From the NCBI GenBank assembly GCA_964187785.1, contig OZ076410.1, forward strand, positions 30,566,001-30,630,000: a stretch of DNA of 64,000 bases, in the 5' to 3' direction. Origin of the DNA: Amphiscolops sp. MND2022. Taxonomy: Eukaryota. A model generated the notes under the pieces. The model did not search any database and was not told the DNA's origin. It saw only the letters and a list, made by a program, of their open reading frames with translations. Shown one piece after another: positions 20,060 to 31,419 of the stretch; the first letter of the stretch is position 1, and each line of letters opens with the position of its first letter. The position numbers were made by a program, and so were the translations under genes.

Positions 20060-22519
20060 CAATCCAATTAGTGGGTTGGGTAGTATTTTCATGACGATGA
20101 AATTTTCTTGAAATTGGAAGTCTGCTACCTCGAATTCAAGTAGGACAGTTCCAATGGGGCGTTCGAGTTGACCATTTGCCACCATAATGTGGAAGTTTGG
20201 TGCTGGACCTGTGTCTTTAATAGCTTCATTTGATGGTAGTTTAGTTTTATTGAGATCTGCTTCAGAAATGGCACTGGTGAGGGCGTCTGTATCTATGAGT
20301 CCATTCAGAGTTAGTTTTTCGAAAGCCATGGGGAAATAATACATATGACGGTTCTTCTTGAGGGTCAGGTTTGTTGTGAGGTTTAAGAACATGATGTTAT
20401 TGCCTTCATCTGTAGTTAGATTATTGAAAACTTCATTGTCAAGGAGGGGTTGTTTCCCAGGTGATGCAATAAAAAGAGTTTCGGTTAATCCTGACATGGC
20501 TTCATTGTCAGTTTGAGTTGTTGATGTGGATTGTGTGTTTGGGTGTTCGGTTTGTGTTTCTTGAGTGTATGAAGTATTGGGGTGTTGATTCTCTGTTTCT
20601 TGTTCGATTTCAGGTTCGAAGGTTTGGCTTAGTATGTAGTTATCTGGGGCATCCATGAGAAAGTAATATAGATCCTCAGTGAGGTTATCGGGTGAGATAG
20701 TTTGTGTGTTTGTGGTATATGAGTCGTTTTTGTTGGTCGAGTTCTGATCGAAGACTGTGATTTTTATAGGTTTTGGACTCGGCGGATGCTGCCAGTCATC
20801 TGCTGAGAGTTGTTTTTGTGGTGACTCTCATCGGATGTTGTTTGAAGGCGTGGCTTTATTAGTTTAAATCCTTCGATGTTGAAGGTTTCAAGTTTCGGGT
20901 TGATGGGTTTGTTTGATTTTTTGTACTCATTAATGAGTTTTTGTTGAATTTCTGTGAGTGTCCACTTGGGTGGGCAATTTTCCATGTTGGCTCCAAAGTA
21001 ACAATTGAGTTCTTCATGACCTATGGTGTTACAATGAGAGCATCGTGGTGCATCTGGATCATTGTCCAATTTTTGTCGTTTTGCAAGTTTAGGGCACTCT
21101 TTTGCTATGTGACCTTCTTCCTTGCAATATCGACATTGGTTGTTCATAGCGTGTTATTGGGGACTGTGTTTGGAGTTTTTGTTTTTGTTTTTGTGTTTTG
21201 TGGCTGCGATTTGGTGTTTTGTGTGTTTGTTTGTTGTTTTACTGCTGTCATCTGTGTTTTGACAAGGGGCTCATCTGCTTCAAGTCCATTGAGCTCCATT
21301 TCGCGTTCCAAGTGTCGTACGACTTGTTCGTATGTACCATTTTCAAGGTACGCATGGTTGATAGATTTCTTTAAGTGGGGAGGCATTTTTGCGTATAGGA
21401 GGCTTTCGATCATTTGTGGCGCTGCTTCCTCAATTGCTTTTTCTGCACTCTCTTTTAAGTCTTCAAGAAAGTCAGGTAGCTTCTGGTTTTCAGGTTGGAA
21501 CATAAGTTTGTTGAATCTATGCTTGGCTGAAGCACTAGGTTCAGGTTTGACATACTTTCTGCGGAAGACTACCAAGATGTCTTCGAGTGTTGTTGTGGGA
21601 GTTCGTTGTATATTTTTCAATGTTTTCAGTGCTAGCCCTCTGAGGTGGGCGTGAGAGTGGTTTAATTTCATTTCTTCCGTGAGATGAGGTTGCATTTTAA
21701 GTGTTGTGTGGAAAAGATCTTCAAAGTATTCGAACTTTTCGTTTTTTTTTCTAGTTTACCATTGAAAGTAAGTGTATTTTTCGGGTGGAAGATTGAGGGT
21801 TCTTGGTTTTTGTGTGCTATTTTTTCGATTGCCAAAGCAATTTGGCTAACAGGATCTGATGATTGAGGGTGTTCAAAGAGAGTTTCTGCGTGTGGTCCGA
21901 CTGGGTTTGTTGTGTTGGAATTAGTGGAACTTTGTCTCAGGATGTTCTTGGTAGGTCCTGTCACCATGTGATGATCGGCATTTTCCTGTCTGTTTTCGTT
22001 TATTTTTATGGTTTCATCTAGAGTCTCATTCACAATTCCAATCGGAGTATATGGTTGCCTTAATTCACTCATTTCAGACGAGTAAAACCGATCATCTTGA
22101 TCTCTTTCTATTGTCACGTTTGATGCGTGTTTACTCCTGAGACTTTTGGGTTTTGGGTTAGAAGGACCAGGTTGTCTACTCTCAACATCCTCTTCATCAG
22201 TTGTTATGTTATGGTTTTTGTTTGCTCTGCTTTCCTTAAGTATTTCGTCAAACTTACTATTCAGATGATTTTCAATTTGTGTCATCTTGTTACTGTTTTG
22301 TTCAGATAGACATTGGGTAATTATTTCTATCTCATCACTGATTTGTGATGGTTCCGTTAGTTCACTACCTAAGTTCCTCTCAAAAACGTTATTAACATTT
22401 TCAGAAACATTAGTTAAAGTCGCATTACCTTGTAGAAGGCTTGTTTTTGACATATTCTCATTTCTCTCTGGAGACTGAGACTCATTTCTCCTCGTACGTC
22501 AGTTCCTTCTATTTCCCAT
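20060..22519 (-). pseudogene. gag: Gypsy B gag (two CCHC knuckles) and aspartic protease, fragmented
   Basis: MGNRRN start at 22519; capsid-like segment 21144-21695; CRYCKEEGHIAKEC and CSHCNTIGHEELNC; protease LIDTDALTSAIS (degenerate DTG) and VANG..PIG. Frame PLIGLC resumes as FLQRHNALFD at 14942 across the BEL insert. Confidence 0.9.
21949..21966 (-). promoter_or_regulatory. Putative PBS of Gypsy B (tRNA-Leu-like 5' part)
   Basis: Minus strand reads ...GATCATCACA|TGGTGACAGGACCTACCA. TGGTGACAGGA resembles the tRNA-Leu PBS TGGTGTCAGGA. The same junction occurs at ~4651-4676. Confidence 0.5.
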
Positions 22520-23000
22520 GTTGAAAACAACTTCTAGTTGAGGAAAATCTTCGAATTTCAAAGATATTGTTGAAATGAAAGTTCAGGGTTATCTTTACAA
22601 TGAAAGGAACTGCAAAGTTTGAAATTGATGGAAAGCGTTTCTCTTATTTGAAGTGACTAATTTCTGTGTGTTATTTCTGTTGAATGATTGTGGGCAAAAC
22701 TGATTTCAAATGTATCTTCAAAATTATTTCATTGGGTGTTATTTTTGGTTGCATGACCAGCAATTTTACAAAAATCATCATTACGTCACGTTTCTAGTGT
22801 CAGAAGTTAAAAAAAACCATGACATCATGTCCCTAGAAGGTCTAAATATAGCATCAATGTAGCGGCAGAATAATGTGTAATATTATGCAATTTATGCTGT
22901 TTTCCGATATAATTCTGCATATGCAGTTCTATGAAAACCGCATAATACAGTATGATTGAGCTGTGCCGTGCTGTTGGCGTTCATTATACTGTTTTCGAGT

Positions 23001-23190
23001 GTGAACATCATGCAGTTTTCCTGAATTTCCTTCATATGCTGTTTTTGAGCTAAATCATCATGTTGTTTCTGGGTAATTTCCGCATATGCTCTTTCTAAGT
23101 TGGAACATCATGCTGTTTTTGGGCGATTTCTGCATATGCTGTTTCTGAGTTAAATCATCATGCTGTTTTTGAGTAATTTCAGCATAATAC
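23001..23190. repeat. 50-bp tandem repeat x4 with alternating 100-bp higher-order structure, rich in ATGCTGTT
   Basis: CATCATG recurs at 23006, 23056, 23106 and 23156. Units alternate between (G/T)GAACATCA and TAAATCATCA. Confidence 0.9.
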
Positions 23191-23859
23191 AGTATAAAGC
23201 ATAAACATCAGTATAAATAACCATATAATGCAGTTTCACTAAAAGTACCGTATACACCGATCAATACAAACTGCATAATGCAGCATAATTTAGTACTACA
23301 TGGGACGGTTGTTTTGTCATGCTGCTTTCAAAATGAAATACCATACTGATTTCACACACTTCTTGCATAATCATGATGTAACTTGACTAATATGTTGAAA
23401 TTACTGATATGTATGACACGATTTCCTACAATATGGCTATGAAGCAAAACAGAGATTTGCATCTGGTCAGATTAGTAACATCGTCACTAATGACTAGTTT
23501 ATTGAGCTTTTTGTCTTTTTCTTTGTCTTTTTTCAACGGTTAGGCCGTTGTCAAATATAAATCAAACAGGACATGAATCCACATAAACCAACATCAACTA
23601 ACGGTTTAACTTAAACAAACATAAGAAATAGCAACGGGAACAGTTATTTGAGAACAAATTTCTCAGTTTATGGTTTAGTTCGAATGTTTTCCAAAACCTA
23701 TAAGGCTAGCATTGGATCTTCGGGCATTGTGAAGGATGATGCGGTGCTGATCTGCTTACCGGTGCTGCAATCCGGACATCTCGCAAGGGTAACCGGGCGA
23801 CACAGCCTGAATGTACCACCTTTTAGTACAGACTTTAATCGGTTCAGGTGGAACCCGGC

Positions 23860-24720
23860 GGTCACGGGTACGAGTCCCTGCTTCAGCCAGAAACTTCTTC
23901 GTGCATTTGCGAACCCGTGCGAGTGCAATGGTTCCCCTGTTGATTTTTTTTCGATATAGTGGGACTTTTTCGATTTTTTTTGTCTCCAAAGGGTTCTACC
24001 TTCAAATTGTTTTTTTGATCTTGTCAACAAACTGGAGTTTCAAAAAGCCCAAAGGGCCTCCTTTTTACACATTTTTTGGCACTGTGGGACTGTTTCAAAA
24101 TTCTCAGTTTTCGTCTGAAATTAGGCCTGAAATTCTCAATATATACTCGCAAGTAATTTTTTAATACTATCAAAAATTTTTGACGTAATATCCGCAGTAA
24201 AGCGCTAAATCTGAAATTTTGAGGTTATATCCGAACTATATTGCGTTTTACGCGGTGGTTCGAAAACCTGAGTTTTTGTTAACAAGCCGAGAACGGCCAA
24301 AGTCGGCGCCATATCTATGGCTCAAAATTTAAAAGGGGGACCCTTCGGGCTTTGTGAAACTCCAGCTGGTTGTAAAAAATTTTAAAAAAATTGAAGGGGG
24401 GACCTATTTAATTTTTTAATGAGATTTTTGAACAGTGTCACAGTGCCGAAAAATGTAAAAGGGGGGACACTTTGCGATTTTTTGACATCCATTGTGTTGC
24501 AAAACAACAAAAAAATTAAAGGGGGGACCCTTTGGGGAAAAATATTCAATCCAAAAAGTTTCAAAAAGTCGCATAGTTCCGAAAAAAAATGGGGGATCTT
24601 CAGTGTGATTTCGAGGTTGTGGACGTCTGTTTTGTTTTTTCTTTTCGTTTTGGACGCGCTTCTGAGGTTGGAGTTGTTGGGGTTTGAAGTTGTTGAGATT
24701 TGAAGTTGTTGAACAAATGA
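23860..24720. repeat. Cluster of interspersed repeat family 1 (SINE-like; AAAGGGGGACCC and CAGTGCCGAAAA motifs), both orientations
   Basis: Shares motifs and the terminal string GAACGGCCAAAGTCGGCGCCATATCTA (24291-24317) with copies at 48242 and, in reverse, at 58427, 59326 and 59836. Confidence 0.75.
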
Positions 24721-26844
24721 ACAAAAAAGTGGACCTTTAGTGTCTAAAAAAAACTACCCACTGTAATAGTCGGGCACATTTTCTACTAAAATGCGCCGAC
24801 TAAAAACGTCCTACGTATATTTCAAAATCTGTTTCTGAGCCTTAGATAAAGCGCCGACTTCAGACGATTCCGTCATGTTTCACTATCCGTAGATACCTTC
24901 TTAAGCATGATACGGAGGTTTCACTGATCGCCATGTTTTCAATTTCAAGATGTTAGTCTTCAGTCGCTGCTTGTACAATATAAAAGCCCGACTAATACAG
25001 TCATTTGTTCTTTTTTCTTTTTTTGTTTTTCGTGTTTTGTTCAACTAAACGAAAATCTCACAAACGCGTCTAAATCATGCAAAGGGTCCCTATATCACTT
25101 TTTCTCTTTTTAACGTAAATACAAAACCGGACTAGAGTAAAGGGTCTTAACTTTCGATTTTTTCCAGCACTGTCAGGCTTTTTTTGCTAATTTTTGGTTT
25201 AAATTTCATTCTCGATAAATTGTTACCAATAATTTTTCAAATATCCGAATGCTATTCGAATTTTTGACAAAATATACGAAGAGGAAGTTGAAGTTCGAAA
25301 ACACTGCTTTACATCGTTTTCGACGCTATATCCGAACTATATTGCGTTATCCTAATAAGAAGGCGGAGGTTCAAAAACAAAAGCTTCTATTTGTCCCAAA
25401 AGACTATATCCTTCGATCGGATATAGAAACAACCAGGAGTAACCATCGCTTTTTTCGTCGATGAAGGTGAAGGAACCTGTGGAATGGATTTTTGCTCGAT
25501 ATAAGTGCCCATCGCCATAAGGACATTTTGCGTCCTGAGGTGAATCATGTCCCGTCAAGAGAGGGATCCGGTTCTAAGGATTACTTGCCGATTACTTGCT
25601 TCCAGTCTGTAACTGCTATCAGTAAGTGGCTTTTTGCTTTTGCTCTGCTTCAGGACAACCATCTAGAGTGTTGGTGTCAAGTGTTGAATGTTTCATTAAA
25701 ATTGCAAGTGAAGCAAGAATAAGTAGCTCACGAAGCTAAGACATCATGAAAGTACGATAAATCACAGCATTGTGGGATTTGTACAGCAGCAAGAAAAAGG
25801 ACACATGCTGGGTATGCCTAATTAAGCAGAAAGACTCATCTTCTGGCAATCGTTACAATTGGAAGCAGCATTCTAAACATTACGCAAGTTTAAGTCTAAT
25901 ATCGGTCTCAAAGTAATTAGAATGTAGCTAATTGAGTCTTTTTTCGCATAGTTTTGTCGTATTGTGGGGTCTCCATCTCTCGGTTTTTGTGATTACGTCT
26001 TTTTCATTTCCCGAGACTGGTCTTTGATCTGACACCGATACAATTCGCAGCAATGCATAATCTCTTCGAATGTTTTATATAGTCACTTTGCGATTGCTAT
26101 TTGAAATTCAGACACCGCTGGAACCTTAAATACAAAAACCGCTGGGCATGCAACATAGCAAAAGTTATCCGTTTTGCTGGAAACAATGTAAAGCGAACAA
26201 AAATCAGTTGATTATTGTGTGTGAATTTTTCAGTGACGAAAGGGTAGAACTTCTTCCAGACTTTCATTACACGTATCCGAATTTGACGAAATTTGACCAG
26301 CTGATGAACTCCGTGAATATTGAATTTCAAATAAATTTTCAGCCCTACGCGGTACTATCTGTGAAGCTCATACATTTAGTACTAGCTTATTTTTGTTTTA
26401 TTTTGTATTTTGTATGACCTCGGGTAACAAATTAATAATAAAATTATTCATTCATTCGTTTAATTCGTTGAACTTTTGTAGCGTTTTCCGAGCAAGAAAA
26501 ATGTTTTGATAAAAATGCGCAAATGTAATCAAATCCAGAAACATGTTACTGTTCATATTGATGATTTTTTAGTGGTAAGACAGCTCTTGTGTCCTGGAAA
26601 TAATATATCCCTCTCCTATACCCTAATATAGAAACGGGGTAGGAAAACCCCACATAAGAGGTTAGGTTATAAGGTTATAGCTTGGTGTGGCGTAGTAGTG
26701 TTCATGAAGCTTTTTTGGCCCCGTCTCACTCTTGCTGTATCATTTTGCAGAGTGATCACTCAATCTTTTAAGATTTTTCTTTGGGTTAAGCTTGGGTATA
26801 AGTGTTCTTGAAATTTGTCAGTAGTAGTTATAAAATTTTTTTTA

Positions 26845-28042
26845 AAAGAGTTCCAGAAGTTTAAATCCAGCTGAAGTAATCAGAACAAGAAAAAGTAGAG
26901 TTATTTTCCCAGTATCCATATTTGCAGCCAAATTGGCATTCAATGGTCTGCTTGAAGTTCAGGTTTTCGAAGTGACTTGCTCAAGATCACAAACGCCTGA
27001 CAGCTAACAATGCTCGTTTTACTTTGCTTTTTCCACCGGAAATGTTTCCCAACTTACTCAGATGCCTTGAAATGTTCCAGGCGTTATGATTTCATCCCAA
27101 AAATTGTAACAGTGTAAAAGAAGCCATTTCCCATTGGAACTTACTGAACCAACAGGGAAACAATTTGAAACAACTTACGAATTGGATTCAAGATGCAAAT
27201 AAGAGAGGATAACAGGATGAAGCAGTATTCGTTTGCTTTCGGGCTCAGTCACATCTAGTTTTGAAAAGTGTATAAGCTGCTCTGGTTTGAGAACAGAGAA
27301 GCAACGTTGAGAAGTCACTTCGTTTTGGGTCAATATGGAAGTATCTATCTCCACCCTAAGTTCCGGGTCCTGTTTGCAAAACCCTGAAAAAACGCTTTTG
27401 AAAGTTCAATTGTTTCCTGTTTTAATTGTTCCGCTTTTATTGAATAGTAATGAAAAAACTATAGGAACTCATGAAGGTACATTTTGTTCAAGGTAAATGT
27501 CTGAAGTTTTCTGAAAGGGCAAAAGTTTTTTGATATGGATTTCAAATCAATTTTCGGTTTTGGTTTTCATTGTCAAAGCTTTTTTATTGAAGCTGGAAAG
27601 AAATTATCCGATTTTTATCAATGAAGATGAAAATTTTATTTCAATCTGGAAGTCAAAAAGTAATTTCCTAACCCGAATATTTGGTTTGTCTATCCAGCAC
27701 TTTGAGAGCTACCAGGGGCCACCTCTGCAAGATAGTGGGTAAACACTTTATGAAAATTTCAAGATGATCTTTTTCAGTCTCGTAGTAGTTCTTCGATGGA
27801 CTCTCGATACAACTGCCGTTGATCTCCCTTTCACTCTTCAGACCTAGGAGCGTTTCCACCATTTCAGATGTTCTGGCATTTTTGATCAAATCTAGATTAC
27901 TCATCAAAAGTGCCGGACAATCTCTCAATATCTGGGTAACTTCTGTTGTTCTGTTTTGTGAAATCGCCTCTCGAATATTGGAAACTGAATATTGTTGGTT
28001 TGTAATCCCCATTGTAACCATCGAGTAATTAGGAAAGAACAA
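26845..28042 (-). pseudogene. TRP-family (TRPA-like) cation channel exons with premature stops
   Basis: Exons splice in phase (donor 27672, acceptor 27384): ...PLVALKVLDRQTKYSG-FCKQDPELRVEIDTSIL...KRILLHPVILSYLHL. This matches the TRPA pre-S1 VLD and LL.HP..YL motifs. Downstream hydrophobic segments (FTLLQFLG*, ITLLFLVLITSAGFKLLELF*) contain stops. Confidence 0.55.
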
Positions 28043-31000
28043 AACTAAACTGTTTTAGACTCAGCTTTACTAAGTTTAAACTAAACTGTTTACTTTTGAA
28101 GGAAATTCATATTTTTCAATATCCTTGAAGCAATAGTTGACTTCAACTGTAGTGACAAAAAAGTTATTAGTTACCTTCCGGGGATAAATGATAGGCCATA
28201 AGCGTGTTTTACTCCCCAGCTGACTTCTGGTGCAACGAACGCCTATATAACGTTACAAGATATATGCGTTTGAAACCATCAACCCATTCAATGGAAAATT
28301 CCATAACGTCCACTTTCAATAATATACCTTTCAATAATAATATACCAGCAATTTCGCAACTTTTCTCAAAAACTTTTTGCAGTTGAAGATTCAACTAACC
28401 GAGGGATTTCCTGGAAAAACTGCAGATTTTCTGAAAAAAGGTTTATATCAGCTTGAAGAGCTTAAATGCCGTTCTATGATTCACATATTTCAGTGGAGAG
28501 AAAAAAAATTTCGTTTCACAATGAACAATTTTGACTTGGAAAAAACAGCGAGAAGGGTGACAGCAAGACACAATTGTGGTGAAGAATAATGTAGCCAGAA
28601 AGGCACCAATACATGCTATCCTGGGAGCATTCTGGGCAACGTCTGTTGGCTTGCAAACAACCGAGAGGTGCCTAAAATACCCGATACGGGCCGAAAGTAT
28701 CCAAAAAAACTCAGTATTCATTCGGAAATGTCAAGAGATCAAGTTGAAAATTCGAAAGGTGTCATAGATAACTCTAATGTGCCCTTCACTACACGGATAT
28801 TGCCCCAACTACCCAAAATATCTTCCAGTTACCCGGAACTGTCCCTACCAGCTGAGGTACGTTTCGGTCGCTAAGAAAACTGAAAATTCAAAGTGTTCTA
28901 AATCGCGGTCAAAACTCAGATCATAGACGAAGAAAAATTTTGGAGGACTGAAAAAGGAAAAATTGATTGAAATATAGACAAAGTTTAGAAAACTTGAGAA
29001 ACTAGTCGTGGAGTGAAGCACGAGTGTATTTTTTCTAAGTGTATTTTCTAAGTGTAAGTTTTCGTCATTAAACTGGGCGCGCATTTTGACGTTGAACCGA
29101 GGGACAGCATCTGTCCCTGTTTGCTGCCTGCTCGACAAGATCCACGAGGAATAACAGCTACACGATCGATAGTCCAAACAGCGAGACGAAACGAGAAACT
29201 GCTTTCACTCCGGGGAACATTCGAGTAATCATTTTTATACATTCTCATTTTGTAGAACACCAAGCTAAGAATTCCTCCTTTTTTGTCTTCACGACTTTTA
29301 ACTCAGACACAGTTCTCCTGGCAACAGGCAATTGCACAAACGTCAATGTTTCCTGTTATCATAACAACAAGCCGAATGGTTGCCATCTGGTCTTATTAAA
29401 CGTTTCGAGCCTCTTCATGTCTCCAATGAAAGGACATTCCACTACATCATCGACTGAAGCAGGACCCATGTTGTGTAACGTCACCCTCTGACAAACCTTA
29501 GCAGACCGCATTATCACAATTGAGGCCTGAAAAATTTGAAGTGACAAAAGTGACGTCGACATTGAACGTGTTTGTTAAAAAGACTTGTAACCCAAATTAA
29601 AGACAAGCGGAGCAACACAAGCGTCAAGAGAGACCGAAAAAACGTAGACCGTAAGAATAACGCATGCGACATTTTGCAGAAAGCCGGAGACTCAAATAGC
29701 GGATTCTAATAGCGCCAAGACGGAATAAAAACGACTCGATAACTTTTAGCATGTTGCTACTCTTCGTATTTAACTCTTAATTATCATTCTAATGGTTTCA
29801 TTCTTGAGCTCGGTGTCTGAAGGCCTTTCTTGTCGTACATTGCCAGTTTGATGATGTACATTATTGTAATATGTTGATGTCTTAGCTGGTGAGCTACTAT
29901 TCTTGTACCTACGAAAATGAAATGTACTAATTGTCACCAACCCCGTTTTTAAAGGCTAACTAAGCGGTGGTCTTCAGAACAGAAAGGAAGATGCCCTTTT
30001 TAATAAGCAGTAACAGAATGGGACCGATTGGCGAGTACTCAAGCTAGGTGGGACCCCCTCCCTGACGGGACGAAATCCATGCTCAGGAGACAAAATGGGC
30101 TTGCAGTAATGAGCGCCTGTCCCGGACAACAAACCCATTCTACATGTTCCTGCACCTCTAGTATTGCGATATGTGACCGATTACTGCTTGCCGTTACAGT
30201 GACAATCAGCGTTTTGCTCTTGTTATTTCTATTTTATATCGAGGAACAATCTTTTTTTCATCCTCAGATACATTCCCCAAAACCGCAATAACCAAAGCAT
30301 CGCCTACTTCAACAACAGCTAACATAACCATTTTTCCTACTCGAAGCACTACGAACGACTCTTCGATCAACAAGGTCTGTCATCCATGTTCATGACCACT
30401 GTCGACGTAAAGATGCTTCACACTGAAAAGGAATGCCAAATTTTCTCCTTGGACTGGAATCGTCGCCTAGATATTGTAGTCACGAGTCAAGTGAATGACT
30501 CAAAATGGACTGTTAGTTGTCTCGAATTGTTTTTAGTCTCGGCCAAGTAGTTTGTGACCCCATGGAACACTAAGCGTCGTGAACAACAAAAAGCCGTTCT
30601 CTCATGAAAACGATCTATATGCCAAAACGTCAGCAATGGGACAAGGACTTGCCAATGGGGATATGGTGAGTGATTTCATTGTACTGAGCTTGAAAACAGC
30701 CGAGTTTCGAATATTTGACCTTACTAAGATTCTATTTCAAAAACAACATGTAATCGTTGCAACCGTACCTGTTTGTTACTGTTCTCGATACGCCATTTCG
30801 AATTGACAGTCTCAAAAAAGCTAGACAACATGAAGCATCTTTTTGTTTGAAAAGTCGCAATCGTTGTGTTCGGTTGTTTCTGGATTATTCACACATATAA
30901 ATCACAAAAAGATGCCATGGACACAAGCTGCTGCGAGATGGCAAAAGCAAAAAATTTGTAATTCCTCACAGAATTTCTCAGTATTTCTGGCTTCACAATA

Positions 31001-31419
31001 CACAATTTCATTAGCAATTGAAATCTGAACGATGTACTTGCATTGAACAAAAGAGTGCCCGATGTCATTCTGCTAGAATGAAAAAAAAATTGAACAATTC
31101 TCCAATGTGCTCCTCATTGCTGAGGTGCGTAAATTGCGCAGGTGTGTGAAGTATGATTCAAGCACCATTTTTGAATTCCAAACCGACTTACAAAATCTTA
31201 GCGTATATGGTGGGACTGACTCTTAATGCTTGCTTGTTCTTTCCGTAGCGTTGAACAAATCCGGTTAGTTTTACGTGGAATTGATTTCCTCGTTCAACGT
31301 TTCATTAAAACCTGCTTCAACTTTTGGGTGAATGATCAATATTTCAACAGAAAAGAATATTTCTCTTGTGGCATACTCTCATTGGCATTTTGTGGGGAAA
31401 TCACAACCTACAAAGCAAA

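Larger units (their letters stand above)
10700..22782 (-). mobile_element. Ty3/Gypsy LTR retrotransposon B (gag-pro-RT-RH-IN), decayed, interrupted by a BEL/Pao insertion; ends approximate
   Basis: Complete domain series on - from 22519 to 10762. Putative 5' LTR ~21967-22782 has imperfect TGATGAT/ATCATCA termini and is followed by a TGG PBS. No LTR is found directly after pol. Confidence 0.9.

Noticed and set aside
20941-21654. 237-aa plus-strand ORF and similar antisense ORFs over Gypsy and Copia (e.g. 13845-14393, 54083-54543)
   Set aside because: Shadow frames of gag/pol with skewed V/F/C content and no motifs.
23648-24724. Short ORFs inside repeat family 1 (also 45851-46257, 47606-47954, 58201-58423, 59194-59805)
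   Set aside because: K/F-rich translations of A/T runs in non-coding repeats; multiple overlapping frames with no consistent product.
25352-25722. Cys/His-containing minus-strand peptide (KCPYGDGHLY)
   Set aside because: Does not fit CCHC spacing, and the upstream frame has several stops.
28170-29562. Additional exons of the TRP-like gene or of a transporter
   Set aside because: Splice-like signals and hydrophobic stretches exist, but all frames have several stops and no family motif could be assigned.
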